DNA from: Terriglobia bacterium
GTDB taxonomy: Bacteria; Acidobacteriota; Terriglobia; JAJPHL01; JAPKYU01
DNA length: 64,000 bases
Assembly: GCA_965206645.1 (NCBI GenBank)
Contig: CBDBKE010000004.1
Span: forward strand, 1,600,001-1,664,000
Reading direction: 5' to 3'
A model generated the notes under the pieces. The model made no database searches, was not told the DNA's origin, and saw only the letters and a list, made by a program, of their open reading frames with translations. Within the stretch, counting starts at the first letter, position 1; the number at the start of each line of letters is the position of its first letter. Shown one piece after another: positions 1-13,124 of the stretch. Both the position numbers and the translations under genes were made by a program.

Positions 1-107
1 CGTGGGCGCTTTGGACCCCCTTGCACTCTGTCAGTATGCCACGCTTAACAGACCCCCGCCATCCCTAGTCACTCCCAAACTGAGACACTACCCCCGAGCC
101 AGTCGTG

Positions 108-137
108 TTGCCAATCCTGCCGCACTTTTGCTATATT
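108..137 (+). promoter_or_regulatory. Putative sigma70 promoter for tRNA-Asn
   Basis: TTGCCA (108-113), 18-nt spacer, extended -10 TGcTATATT (129-137), about 27 nt upstream of the tRNA. Confidence 0.55.
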
Positions 138-164
138 GTTTGGTGGTCTTTGCGCCCACCACAT

Positions 165-241
<77 letters not shown>

Positions 242-278
242 ATCATAACCGCGAACTTTTGCGGTCTGTTAGTTAACG

Positions 279-312
279 CAAGACCCCGACGGACGGCCCC
301 GCCGGGGTCTTG
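279..312 (+). terminator. Hairpin downstream of tRNA-Asn
   Basis: CAAGACCCCG ... CGGGGTCTTG inverted repeat; U-tract is weak. Confidence 0.45.
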
Positions 313-531
313 TCGTATCTGGCGCTTTTCCAATCGCTTGCGCCGACCTACACATTCTTTCCGATTCTCCAGTTCGTAAACTGACGCACGGGGTAGCGCG
401 TGCAACCATGGGGGTTGCGCACGCCCCCCCAAGATATCGTTTACGGATTCTCCCATTCTCCATTTAACATCCCGCTTTATTTAACGGCCCGGTTGCACGC
501 GGACCACCGAAAGTGACACTTTTTCACTCGC

Positions 532-563
532 TCCGGTAAGTATCTATTCCGGTAAGTATCTAT
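532..563. repeat. 16-bp tandem duplication TCCGGTAAGTATCTAT x2
   Basis: Exact copies at 532-547 and 548-563. Confidence 0.9.
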
Positions 564-758
564 ATAGAAGCCGGGCCAAGAGGGTCCGGCGGATCACCAG
601 ACAGCGGCGGCGGCCGTGAAAACGGAGCCCGTTGTGGGTGCCGGCGACATCGCCTGGTGCGGTGTCGAGCGGACTCCATCGGCTCCTGACGACCGTTTCC
701 GTCCCACGCGGCATCCACAGCACCTCCTCTTCCGCGGCCTCCCGCCAAGGAGGACCGG

Positions 759-962
759 ATGCCGACCAACGCAAACATCCCACCCTCCCGCGATGAAGTG
801 ATCGCGGAGATCGCCTCGATCCTGGCCCAAGGCTGCCTGCGCCTCCGGAAGAGTCGACGAATCTCGCCCGAGATTGGGAACGAGGCCGGGAAAGGCAAGT
901 ATTCTCAGGCGCTTACGGAGAATCGACTTGATCGTTCGGGCCACCGAAGCGTTCATGAATGA
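759..962 (+). CDS. Small hypothetical protein upstream of the DUF2924/recombinase module
   Basis: GGAGG RBS; the EIASILAQGCLRL helix resembles the small ORFs that precede DUF2924 genes. Confidence 0.5.
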   Translation: MPTNANIPPSRDEVIAEIASILAQGCLRLRKSRRISPEIGNEAGKGKYSQALTENRLDRSGHRSVHE

Positions 963-1261
963 ACGAGTTAACGCCCCGAAACGGCAAGGCGGAGGGACCG
1001 CCCGCCAGAGGGTGAGTCCATGAACAGGAGGAAATTGAATGAAAGCAAGCACCTATCAACAGATCGAGATTGGGAACGAGGCCGGGAAAGGCAAGTATTC
1101 TCAGGCGCTTACGGAGAATCGACTTGATCGTTCGGGCCACCGAAGCGTTCATGAATGAACGAGTTAACGCCCCGAAACGGCAAGGCGGAGGGACCGCCCG
1201 CCAGAGGGTGAGTCCATGAACAGGAGGAAATTGAATGAAAGCAAGCACCTATCAACAGATC
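870..1261. repeat. 196-bp perfect tandem duplication
   Basis: 870-1065 equals 1066-1261; covers the RBS and first codons of the DUF2924 gene. Confidence 0.92.
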
Positions 1262-1767
1262 CAGGAGCTGTCCCGACTGACCGTGGGCCAGCTCCGGGAC
1301 AAGCACCTGGATGTCTTCGGTGAGGAGAGCCGCTGCCACCACAAGGCGGCCCTGCAAAAGCGCATCGCCTGGCGCCTGCAGGCCCTGGCCGAGGGCGGCC
1401 TCTCCGAGCGGGCCCGCCGGCGTGCCGAGGAACTGGCCAACGACGCCGATCTCAGAATGCGCGCCCCGCGTGATCCGATCCGGCCCGGCTCAGCGGAGGT
1501 GAGGGCTCGAACGGCGAAGAGCCGCATCCCGCCCTCGCGAGATCCGCGACTACCCGTGCCCGGCACACTGCTGGTGCGGGAGTTTCGGGGGCGCGACGTG
1601 GTGGTCAAGGTGCTCGATGAGGGCTTCGAGTTCGAGGACCGGCGCTATCCGTCTCTGTCGGCCATCGCCAAGGAAATCACGGGCAGCAAATGGAACGGGT
1701 TCTTGTTCTTCAGCCTCACCGGTGGTGACGCAGCCGCGAGCGGGCGTCACCATCAGGGGGTGAGCGA

Positions 1768-1771
<4 letters not shown>
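1235..1771 (+). CDS. DUF2924 domain protein
   Basis: RIAWRLQALAEGGLS, PGTLLVREFRG and YPSLSAIAKEITGSKWNGFLFF motifs; AGGAGG RBS; overlaps the recombinase start. Confidence 0.85.
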
Positions 1772-3282
<1,511 letters not shown>

Positions 3283-3321
3283 GGTACTGTCAAGTTCAGT
3301 GGGAGCGTGGCAGACTTGGCC
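3283..3321 (+). mobile_element. IS6-family left-end remnant (39 bp)
   Basis: Identical to the first 39 bp of the complete IS6 at 58712 (GGTACTGTCAAGTTCAGTGG...). Confidence 0.9.
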
Positions 3322-4625
3322 TGACCTGACCGGCACTTTTTGTACCAAGTGGAAAGAGAGAGAATCCACTTGAGGAGGAAGTGAGGTCATGCCGACAAGG
3401 AGTTACAAGCCGGAGCAGATTGTAGCGGTGCTACGGCAGATAGAAGTGCAGATGGGGAACGGGAAGACTGCGCCCCAAAAAGAAGCTGGAATCCACACCC
3501 AAACCTACTACCGGTGGCGGAAGGAATACGGCGGGCTGAAGGTGGTGCAGGCAAAACGGCTAAAGGAGTTGGAGAAGGAAAACACGCGGCTGAAGCGGTT
3601 GGTAGCGGAGCTTTCTCTGGAGAAGCAGGTGCTGCGGGATGTGGCACAGGGAAACTTCTGAGCCCTGAGCGGCGGCGTTGTGCGGTGGAGCGTGCGTGGG
3701 AGCAACACGGGTTGTCGGAACGGCATGCCTGCCGGCTGCTGGAGCAATGGCGAGGGACACAACGATACGAGCCGATTCATCGGGTGGACGAGGATGCTCT
3801 GACCCGAGCGATCATTGCCCTGGGAGCGAAGTACGGGCGATATGGCTACCGGAGGATCACAGCGTTGCTGCGGAGTGCGGGCTGGGAAGTGGGCAAGGAC
3901 CGGGTGCAGCGGATTTGGCGGCGGGAAGGGCTGAAAGTGCCGCAAAAACAAAGGCCGCGAGGACGGCTGTGGCTGAACGACGGTTCCTGTGTACGACTGA
4001 GGCCGGAGCGACCGAACCACGTGTGGAGCTACGACTTCATGAGTGCCAGAACGCACGAGGGGAGAACGCTGCGGCTGCTGACCTTGCTGGATGAGTACAC
4101 GCGGGAATGCCTGGCGATCCGGGTGGAGCGGAGGATGGGCAGCCAACAAATCATTGAGGCGTTGTCGGACGTGATGTTGTGGCGAGGGATACCGGAACAG
4201 ATTCGATCCGACAATGGTCCCGAGTTCATCGCCAAACAACTGCGCCAGTGGTTGGCAAATCTAGGGACCGGGACACTGTACATCGAACCGGGCAGTCCCT
4301 GGGAGAACGGGTACTGCGAGAGTTTCAATGGGAAGCTGCGGGACGAATGCCTGAATGGAGAGATCTTCTACTCGTTGAAGGAGGCACAGGTGGTGATTGA
4401 ACAGTGGAGGGTGCAATACAACACGGTGCGGCCGCACTCGGCGCTCGGCTATAGGCCCCCGGCGCCGGGGGCCTATAGCATGATTCGCTCCAGAATTCTG
4501 GTGTTTCGATCTTCGCCGAGTCGCCGGTCCGGGAGTCTGCCTCCCCTGCCACTGAAACCAGTTTCACAGCCCCAGGCTGCGATGTAAACTCTCACTACGG
4601 TTGGTACAAAAAATCGGTCTGGTCA
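3322..4625 (+). mobile_element. IS3-family element, copy 1 (orfA 3389-3661, orfB about 3658-4587)
   Basis: TG...CA ends with TTTTTGTACCAA IRs; GGGAAAC frameshift region; DDE motifs WSYDF, RSDNGPEF, ENGYCESFNGKLRDE. Confidence 0.95.
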
Positions 4626-4649
4626 CATCGGCTACGGCCCGTGAAGGCG

Positions 4650-5908
4650 TGACGTGACCGGGGGTTTTTGTACCAGGTGGAATAAGAGAGAATTCACCTG
4701 AGAAGGAGCCCCGATCCTGTCGACGAAGAGGTATAAGCCGGAGCAGGTTGTAAACCTCCTCCGGCAGATCGAAGTGGAGACTGCCAACGGGAAGACCACG
4801 CCGCAAGCCTGCCGGGATGCTCAGCTCACGGTGCAGACGTAGTATCGCTGGCGGAAGGAGTTTGGCGGGCTGAAGCTAGACCAAGCGAAGCGGCTGAAGG
4901 AACTCGAGAAAGAGAACTCTCGGCTCAAGCGGTTGGTGGCCGAGCTTTCCCTGGAGAAGCAGGTTTTGCGGGATGTGGCGCAGGGAAACTTGTAAGCCCT
5001 GAGCGGCGGCGTTGTGCGGTAGAGCGTGCGCGGGAGCAACACGGGTTGTCGGAACGGCATGGCTGCCGGCTGCTGGGGCAATGGCGAGGGACACAACGAT
5101 ACGAGCCGAATCCTGTGCTGGACGAAGATGGCCTCACCCGAGCGATCGTTGCCCTGGCGACGCAGTACGGGCGCTACGGCTACCGGAGGATCGCGGCACT
5201 GCTGCGGGGTGCAGGCTGGCCAGTGGGCAAGGATCGGGTGCAGCGGATCTGGCGGCGGGAGGGGCTGAAGGTGCCGCAAAAGCAAAGACCCCGAGGACGA
5301 TTGTGGCTGAATGACGGTTCCTGCGTGCGGCTAAGGCCGGAGCGGCCCAACCACGTGTGGAGTTACGATTTTGTCAGCGGCAGAACCGAGGAGGGGAGAA
5401 AGCTGCGCATCCTGACGCTGATTGATGAATATACGCGGGAATGTCTGGCGCTGCCGGTAGAGCGGCGAATGGGGAGCCGGCAGGTGATTCAGACCTTGTC
5501 GGAGGAGATGCTGTGGAAGGGCATTCCAGAGCACCTTCGCTCTGATAACGGGCCCGAGTTCATTGCCCAACAGCTGCGCCAGTGGCTGGCGAAACTAGGG
5601 ACCGCGACGCTGTACATCGAACCGGGCAGCCCTTGGGAGAACGGATACTGTGAGAGTTTCAATGGGAAGCTGCGGGATGAATGCCTGAATGGAGAAGTCT
5701 TCGACACGTTGTGGGAGGCGAAGGTGTTGGCCGAGAAATGGCGCAGGGAGTACAACCAGCGACGGCCTCACAGCGCCTTGGCCTATCGGCCGCCGGCGCC
5801 GGAGGCCAGATTACCCAGGCCCCAGGCCCAGAGTTCTATCCCATGGAGTGGACTTCAAATGGTCCCAGGTCTAACTTAGAGGGTGGTACCATTCGTGAGA
5901 GCAGGTCA
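4650..5908 (+). mobile_element. Related IS3-family element, orfA degraded (internal TAG at about 4840), orfB ends at 5879
   Basis: TGACGTGACC...TTTTTGTACCA left end, TGGTACCA...GGTCA right end, rve DDE motifs. Confidence 0.88.
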
Positions 5909-5989
5909 GGATGAATTCCCTGTTGGAAACTAGGGAAATGTATGCATAAAGAGGTGGTCAGATTGAGCTGAAGCTGCAGGCGGAGATCC

Positions 5990-7231
5990 ATGCTGGAAGA
6001 GAGTCACTACTACTTCAACAAGGCAGCCGATTTGCTCAGTCTCTCCGAAAGGGTGCGCAAGATCCTGATTACTCCACGCCGGGTGGTCAAAGTAGAGATC
6101 GTAATCGAAAGCGACAGCGGCCAACTACTCCACTTCCTCGGATTTCGGGTGCAGCACAGCAACACTCGCGGGCCCTATAAGGGGGGCTTGCGGTATCACC
6201 CCACACTAGACGAGAACCATGCGGCGGCTCTGGCCAATCTGATGACCTGGAAGACCGCCATCGCCGATGTGCCGTTCGGGGGTGCTAAGGGGGGGATCGA
6301 CTGCGACGTGGCGCAGCTCTCGAAGTCCGAACTTGATCGCGTTACTCGTGCCTTCGTGGGTCAGATCAAAGAAGTGATTGGCCCGAACCTGGATGTGCCC
6401 GCGCCTGACGTCAACACGAATGCTGAAGTGATGGCGTGGATCATGGATGAGTATTCGAAGTACGAGGGTTTCTCACCCGGGGTGGTCACGGGGAAGCCGG
6501 TTCATTTGTTCGGATCAGCGGGCAGAGAGGAAGCTACCGGACGTGGCGTCTTGTACGTCCTGGAGGAGGCGCTCGGCGACCACGACCTGCCACTTGCAGG
6601 TCGAACCGTTGCGCTACAGGGATTTGGAAACGTGGGCAGTAACGCGGCCCGGCTCATTGCCGAAAAAGGGGGAAGAATCGTGGCAGTGGCTGACCATGCC
6701 GGAGCCGTCCACAATGTCGATGGGCTCGACGTGCCGGCTCTGGTGGATTGGGTCAAAGAGCATGAAACCATTCACGGCTTTCCGTTTGGCGATGCTTTCG
6801 ACGGCGCTGAGATCATCACTTGGCCGGCGGAGATTTTGATCCCCGCGGCTCTCGAGAACGTGATCACAGCGGACAACGCCAGGGACGTTCAGGCCAGGAT
6901 CGTGATCGAAGGAGCCAATGGTCCCACTACCCCCCAGGCCCACGAGATCCTTTTGGAGCGCGGCGTCACGGTAGTTCCGGACATCCTCGCCAACGCCGGT
7001 GGCGTTACTGTCAGCTACTTCGAATGGGCTCAGAACATCCAGCGATTCAGCTGGGAATACGACCGAGTGGTCAAGGAGCTCGAGAAGGTCATGCGACGCG
7101 CCTACCGGGAGGTCCGGAGTCTCGCACAGGAGAAGAACATCGACCTGCGAACAGCGGCTTTTGCACTGGCGATTCAACGAGTGGGCAGGGCGGCTGTCTC
7201 TCGCTCAACAATGCGCTTCCACGACTTTTGA
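5990..7231 (+). CDS. gdhA: Glu/Leu/Phe/Val dehydrogenase (glutamate dehydrogenase)
   Basis: GPYKGGLRYHP, MTWK, GGAKGG, PAPDVNT, QGFGNVG, EGANGP, PDILANAGGVTVSYFEW. Confidence 0.9.
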   Translation: MLEESHYYFNKAADLLSLSERVRKILITPRRVVKVEIVIESDSGQLLHFLGFRVQHSNTRGPYKGGLRYHPTLDENHAAALANLMTWKTAIADVPFGGAKGGIDCDVAQLSKSELDRVTRAFVGQIKEVIGPNLDVPAPDVNTNAEVMAWIMDEYSKYEGFSPGVVTGKPVHLFGSAGREEATGRGVLYVLEEALGDHDLPLAGRTVALQGFGNVGSNAARLIAEKGGRIVAVADHAGAVHNVDGLDVPALVDWVKEHETIHGFPFGDAFDGAEIITWPAEILIPAALENVITADNARDVQARIVIEGANGPTTPQAHEILLERGVTVVPDILANAGGVTVSYFEWAQNIQRFSWEYDRVVKELEKVMRRAYREVRSLAQEKNIDLRTAAFALAIQRVGRAAVSRSTMRFHDF

Positions 7232-8223
7232 CAACCAGAGAGAGTTAACCTTGCCCCTAAAAGGGGTCACCTCACGAAACGGAAAAAATCGTACGCTAAG
7301 GAGATTCGCCGTATCTGGAGGTGTCGGATTGAAGTAAACCCTAGCCTGTCGTCAGGGAAAGGCAGCGCAGTGGCGTCAGAACAGAGTCCTCCTTTGAATT
7401 GATGACACATACCGTCAAGGGTTATAGACTTCTTCCTGACGGATTGGATTCAGGAGGGACGCCTGGCACGGTCAGCGCATCGGCTATGTCCCGGTGAGCA
7501 GCTTCGAGCAGAACCCGGAACGCCAACTTGAGTCGTGTCCAGCTTCGAGAAGAACGCCCAGCCAAGGAGTCTGGGGACATCGAAGAAGGAGACGATCGCA
7601 GAAGGTCCTGACGCATTTTCTAATTGGTTCTTATACGGTGTCAAAGCCTGCTCCGAAACGTGACCAAGCATCTTTCTACCCCACTTACAAGTGACAAAGC
7701 CGAGGTTTTGTACCAGTCCACCTGTACGTTCACCACGGTGTGCTGGTCTCGCGTCCCCTCATCGTCGGCGTTCGAGCACAGGAAGGCCATTTACCCGGGG
7801 GGAAGTGCAACTACGGGGAGTCGGGGCCGTTGACTTGGTAGTATGCCTGTGCCCCAGGAGCAGGACTTACAGCTTTGGATCGACGCGCCGACGCTGGTGC
7901 TCGCTACGAGCGGCGGCGAGCGCATCGAGGGGCGTGGCTCGCCGCCGGCGCTAAGGGTCAGCCGGGCCGAGACGGAAACGGGGTTTCGGTTTATGGTTGC
8001 AGAGAGTCGGCCGTAGGAGTTGCCGGCCCCTGAACTGCAACATGCGAGTTTCAGGATACGGATCGATTGGTTTGCTGGCGGTTTGCCTGGCTGGTTGCGA
8101 AACCGCATGGGGTCAGGCGCCGCGCATCTCCCCGGGAGGCATTGTCAACGCCGCCAGTTTGAGACGCGGCGGCTCCCCCAATTCAGCAAAAAGATCTTCG
8201 GAAACTGAGGTTCTTGCTCTGGG

Positions 8224-9882
8224 CCCGGATTTCCTTTATGAACTATCGGCGGCAACCTTCTGAATGACTCCAACGTCAGTATTGATGCGGGTTCCAGCAT
8301 CAACATTGCCTTCCGGAGGTGTACACCGAATGGGTGAGAGCCAAAAACAGGCGTTTCAACTGTCATTCAACCGGTTTCTGCGGGTCACATTTCAGGGATC
8401 GCGAATCACTTCCGACGGCGGTCTGATTGTGGTGCGCGAGTTGGACGAACGTTTGGGGTTCGGCGAACTTATCGAACAGCACTTGATCGACTCTCGGGGG
8501 AAGAACACCCGGTTGCCCCTCGCTGACTTGCTGCGGCAGTCCATCTACAGCCGCTTGGCAGGATACGAAGACGTCAACGACGCCGAGCGGCTTTCCCAAG
8601 ATCCGACGTTCCGGCTGATCGGTTCGGAGAAGATCTGGGAACGTGGCGCAGCCCTGACTTCCCGGTTACAGTCGTTCGAGACAGAACTGCTGACGCAAGA
8701 CGAGAACCTTGCTGGTTTGGCAGCGATCAACCGGGATTTGATCGCCAGGGCGGAAGCTATGGATGCGCCGCGCCGGGTGGTGCTGGACATGGACAGCACC
8801 GAGATCCCGGTCTACGGCGAACAGGAGCAGAGCGCCTACAACGGGCATTTCGAGTCGAGTTGCTATCACCCGTTGTTGCTGTTCAGTCGCGAGGGTGACT
8901 GTCTGGCGGCCAAGCTGCGACCCGGCAACGTGCACAGCGCCGAGGATTGGGAAGAACTTCTCCTGCCAGAGATCGAACGGCAGCAGAAGCTGGGCAAGGA
9001 AGTGGTGTTTCGCGCCGACGCCGCCTTCGCCAAGCCGGAGATCTACGACGCACTGGAGGAGCGGGACGTGAAGTATGCGATTCGCATCCCGGCCAACGAC
9101 AGTCTGGAGAGGGACATCGCGGAGTTGTTGACGCGGTCAGTGGGGCGACCGAGCCACAAGCCGGTGGTCTGGTACAAGAGCTTTCTCTACCAGGCAGCCA
9201 GTTGGAAAAAGGCGCGGCGGGTGGTGGCGAAGGTGGAGTTCCACTTTGGCGAACTGTTCCCTCGCGTGGGGTTCATCGTCACCAATCTGGAGACCGACAG
9301 CCGGGCGGTGGTCCGGTTCTACAACAAGCGGGGCACCGCAGAGCAATGGATCAAGGAAGGCAAGCAGGCGGTAAAGATGACCCGGCTGAGTTGCCATCGG
9401 TTTCGGTCGAACGAGGTGCGCCTATGGCTGAGCCTGATCGCCTACAACTTGGGAAACCTGTGGCGGCGGCTGGTGCTACCGAAGAGGATCAACAACTGGT
9501 CGCTGACGAGTTTGCAGCAGCGGCTGGTGAAAACGGGCGGACGGCTGGTGAAACATGCGCGATATTACTGGCTTTTGCTGGCCGAAGGGCACTTGAGCCG
9601 GAGGCTGTTCAGCAGCATGCTGCGAACGATCTCGGCACTGCCGCTGCCAGACGGCTAGCGACCCAGGAGAGAGGGTAATTTTAGGTGCTCAGAAGTGGTC
9701 GGGCCGGACAAGTGTCAGCGGCGAGGCAGGCTGGGCAGGCGAAACCCGCACAGCGACTCCGAAGAACAGCCAAAATGTGCCGCACTACCACCTCAAAGAG
9801 GCCCGGGCGATTTGCGATTGACACGACAGGGTAAGAGGCATAGGTTTTCGGGTGAAGGTGAAGCTCAAAATGGAAATTCCGG
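8224..9882 (+). mobile_element. IS1380-family element with 5-bp TSD CTGGG
   Basis: Ends CCCGGATTTCCTTT / AAATGGAAATTCCGG; CTGGG at 8219-8223 and 9883-9887. Confidence 0.93.
8330..9658 (+). CDS. IS1380-family transposase
   Basis: TSDGG, GYEDVND, LDMDST, YHPL, RADAAF, FYNKRGTAEQWIKEGK. Confidence 0.93.
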   Translation: MGESQKQAFQLSFNRFLRVTFQGSRITSDGGLIVVRELDERLGFGELIEQHLIDSRGKNTRLPLADLLRQSIYSRLAGYEDVNDAERLSQDPTFRLIGSEKIWERGAALTSRLQSFETELLTQDENLAGLAAINRDLIARAEAMDAPRRVVLDMDSTEIPVYGEQEQSAYNGHFESSCYHPLLLFSREGDCLAAKLRPGNVHSAEDWEELLLPEIERQQKLGKEVVFRADAAFAKPEIYDALEERDVKYAIRIPANDSLERDIAELLTRSVGRPSHKPVVWYKSFLYQAASWKKARRVVAKVEFHFGELFPRVGFIVTNLETDSRAVVRFYNKRGTAEQWIKEGKQAVKMTRLSCHRFRSNEVRLWLSLIAYNLGNLWRRLVLPKRINNWSLTSLQQRLVKTGGRLVKHARYYWLLLAEGHLSRRLFSSMLRTISALPLPDG

Positions 9883-11730
9883 CTGGGAAGCATCGTTTCG
9901 ATCTTTGGCGAACACTTGGCGGCCGAGACGGCGGCCGCGCGGGCGATGCCGTTGCCAAGGGAGTTAGCAGGGACCCGGGTTCTGTTTGACGGCATCGAGG
10001 CGCCGCTTTTCTTTGTCTCGCCGAGGCAAATCAACTTGCAGGTTCCCAAAGCTATTGTTCCCGACCGCGAGGACCGGAGCTGGCACGAGGTCGATGTCGA
10101 AGTACGGACGGCTCAAGGAAGCAGCGGCCCCGACGTTGTGGATGTCGGTCGTGACGTGAGCGCCCCCGGGGTGTTCACGTTGGATGCCAGCGGATGCGGC
10201 GAGGGTGTCGTCCTCAATATTGACGACATCCCTGCGTGGGCACTCAGTCTGCATAGCAAGGAGAACTCGCTATCCCCAGACGGGCACTTTCTCGTCTTCG
10301 GGACCGGCATTGGGGAAATTGTGGCAGGTTGCGATAGTCTCGACGGGTATCCCTCCACTATCAATGAATCACTCTTCGGCTCCTACTGCCTTCCTAGATC
10401 GTCTCATCCGCAGAGAGGCGCCGCTCTGGGTCCCCATGAAGGCGCTGCAAGAACTTATCCCAGAGTTAGTTACGCTGGTCGAGCCCCGGGCTACGTGGGC
10501 GTTGACCAATGGAATGTTCAAGTTCCCGAAGATGCGCCCGAAGGCTGTTCCATCCCTTTTCGGATCAGCACGGGAGGAGGGCTGAGCCAGACGATCCCCC
10601 TCCACATACGCCAAGGCGGCGGGCGCTGTGAGGAAAAGCAGGCGGTTGACCGGCTGGGGGAGTTCATCTGGGAGCGCAGGACCGTCTCTAAATGGACTGG
10701 AACGGAAGAGAGCTTCGAACTTCGCGGGCGGCTGGAGCAAGGAATCGAAGGGGCCACTATCGATTTTCTAGAAGGCGGTGTTCGCTACCATGGCGACACC
10801 GCCCGCAGGTGCCCGCCGTTTGCACGGGTGCCGTTGGACGGCGGAGTGGTAACGGCGATTCTCCCCGACGGAACTCGATCAGCGGCACCTTCGCTAGCTG
10901 ACGCCGCCGATCCCTGGTTCCAAATCCCCTTTGAGGTGGATCAGTTCAGGTCCGGCGAGGCGCAAACCACGAACCCCGGGGGGCCGAACGTGGGTCCGTT
11001 CCAAACGAGCGTTCAGTTGCAGGATCCGATCATGATCGAGAACCAGTTCCCTCCGGGCACCCGAATCTTCGAAGAGATCTCACGCGTGATCCGTTGAACG
11101 GGCGGGACGGATGATCAGGTGGTTTGGGTAGTATTCGATGGCTCTGTCATAGGCCCGATTTCAGCCGCTGCCGACGAGATGGAGCTTTTATTGCCGAGAT
11201 TCGGTCTTCCAAGAACCGTAGCATTGGAGATTATCCAGGAGCCCAGCACGCCGCCGCACTGGGACTTTGTTGAAGACTCGCTGAACCTGGGAGGGCGTGT
11301 CAGCTGGCGGCACGTGAATCGATTTGAGAGTATAGATTTTACTCCCGATTATGATAGCGCTTGGGGTTCCATTCCATTCAGGTAGCCCCAACATCTTGTG
11401 GTTGGGCTCACAGCGTTTCAGTATCCCCAGTCGGCGACAATCAAGCGGTAGGGTGTCGGTTCGACCGCCACGGTCTGCTGAACGAACCGATAGAACAGCT
11501 TGCCGCGGCTATGTGAGCCGCGCCGACAAAATTGCTCGCTAAGGCATGGTCCCCGGCGAGCACGACCCTCGGAGCAGCGTTGTCGCCCCCCCCAGGTTCG
11601 CTAGCGTACAGAAATTCCCCTTTCGTGTCTTGACCCATTGACCAGACCGATTTTTTGTACCAACCGTAGTGAGAGTTCACATCGCAGCCTGGGGCTGTGA
11701 AACTGGTTTCAGTGGCAGGGGAGGGCTATA

Positions 11731-13124
11731 GAGCCTGTGTGGAAACTCGGTTTAGCTGGCTGGAAATCAAAAGGGATCATGATTCGCTCCAGAATTCTGG
11801 TGTTTCGATCTTCGCCGAGTCGCCGGTCCGGGAGTCTGCTGAACTAGCCTTCCTGATTTAGCTTCGGTTTGTTGCGCCACAGGCGGGTGAGGTTGAAGGC
11901 CGTTGCGGCCAGCGCGAACTCCACCGCGACCTTCTCCAGGCCCCGCCGCCGGAACTGCCGCATTCCACGCTGTTCTTTCAAAACCCCGATCACTGGTTCC
12001 ACGATCGCCTTGCGCCGCTGATAAACCGCCCGGCCGGCCGGGTCGCGCAGCTTGCGTCGCATTCGCCGATGTTCCGGATGCCGTACAGCAGGTGCTCCGG
12101 GCGCGCGTTGGCCTCGGTTCAGTTCCCGCGCCAAGTTCGAGTCGGGCACATAGACGTCCAGGCCACGCTGGGCCAGTTCCACGATGGTCTCCAAGCAAAA
12201 GAAGCCGCTGTCGGCGCTGACCTTCTGCGGGCGTTCCCGGCAGCGCCGCTCGACCGCCTCCACCAGAGGGACCAGCGTCGCGTTGTCGGTGGCGTTTTGC
12301 CCCACGTGCTGCTCGACAATCAGATGATCTTCGCTGACCGCCACCTCCGCCGTGTAACCCAGCGTGAATCCCTTGCGGTCGCGCAAAAACCGGCTGTCGG
12401 GATCGGTTTCCGAACGCCGCTTCAGCCCGCTTTTGCGCAACCGCTCCAGGCATCGCGGGATTTCTTCCAGCCGCTTCTCCAGCGCTGCCATCTGCTTGCC
12501 GCTCAGTTGCTGGCCAGCCGCTTCCTCGCAGGACTGCGTGTCACATTGTTTCTGCCAGCGACGAATCTGCCGCCGAATTTTGGCTCGCTCTGCCCTCAAC
12601 TTGGCCACCGTCTCCACCCGGTCCTGCGAGGCGTTGGCCGCCACCCGCGTCGAGTCCATGGCCACGTGTCCCAGCCGCCCCATCCCCAGCGACCGCGCCA
12701 ACTCCACCACCTGTGTGAACAGATCGTTCAGGGCACGGGCGTGCCGCGTCCGAAACTGGTTCAGCGTCCAAAAGTCCGGCCCCGCTCCGGCCGCCAGATA
12801 ACGGAACGCCAGGTCCTCCCGCACCCGCTGTTCCAGACGGCGGGCCGAGGTCACGCCCAGCGCGTAGGCATACAGCCACACCTTCAGCAACAGCGCCGGA
12901 TGATAGGCCGGGCGGCCTTCTTCCACGTAGCCCTGCTCAAACGCACTCAGTTCCAGCCGCTCCACGACTTGGTGCACAAAAAAACAGATGTGATCTTCTC
13001 CCAGCACCTCCCGCACGCTGGGCGGTAGCAGATACGCTTGCTCCGGGTTGTAGGTCAAGAATTTCATCGCGCCCCCTTAAGGCGCATTATACGTGACTCG
13101 CAAGAGCGGTTTTCACACAGACTC
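11731..13124 (-). mobile_element. IS1182-family element with 4-bp TSD TATA
   Basis: IRs GAGCCTGTGTGGAAAC / GTTTTCACACAGACTC; TATA at 11727-30 and 13125-28. Confidence 0.9.
11844..13067 (-). CDS. IS1182-family transposase
   Basis: QAYLLPPS, GRPAYHPALLLKVWLYAY, DSTRV, TDPDSR, ADSGF, YQRRKAIVEPVIG. Confidence 0.9.
   Translation of the reverse strand: MKFLTYNPEQAYLLPPSVREVLGEDHICFFVHQVVERLELSAFEQGYVEEGRPAYHPALLLKVWLYAYALGVTSARRLEQRVREDLAFRYLAAGAGPDFWTLNQFRTRHARALNDLFTQVVELARSLGMGRLGHVAMDSTRVAANASQDRVETVAKLRAERAKIRRQIRRWQKQCDTQSCEEAAGQQLSGKQMAALEKRLEEIPRCLERLRKSGLKRRSETDPDSRFLRDRKGFTLGYTAEVAVSEDHLIVEQHVGQNATDNATLVPLVEAVERRCRERPQKVSADSGFFCLETIVELAQRGLDVYVPDSNLARELNRGQRAPGAPAVRHPEHRRMRRKLRDPAGRAVYQRRKAIVEPVIGVLKEQRGMRQFRRRGLEKVAVEFALAATAFNLTRLWRNKPKLNQEG

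Larger units (their letters stand above)
8042..11385 (+). pseudogene. Secreted TIGR03437-type protein interrupted by IS1380, with a TGA at 11095
   Basis: Signal peptide, then GGIVNAAS...LALG|SIVSIFGEHLA (in frame once the IS and one TSD copy are removed); APLFFVSPRQINLQVP; APGYVGVDQWNVQVP. Confidence 0.85.

Noticed and set aside
76-92. CAAACTGAGACACTACC as a possible transposon terminal repeat
   Set aside because: No partner or transposase within the window; it cannot be verified
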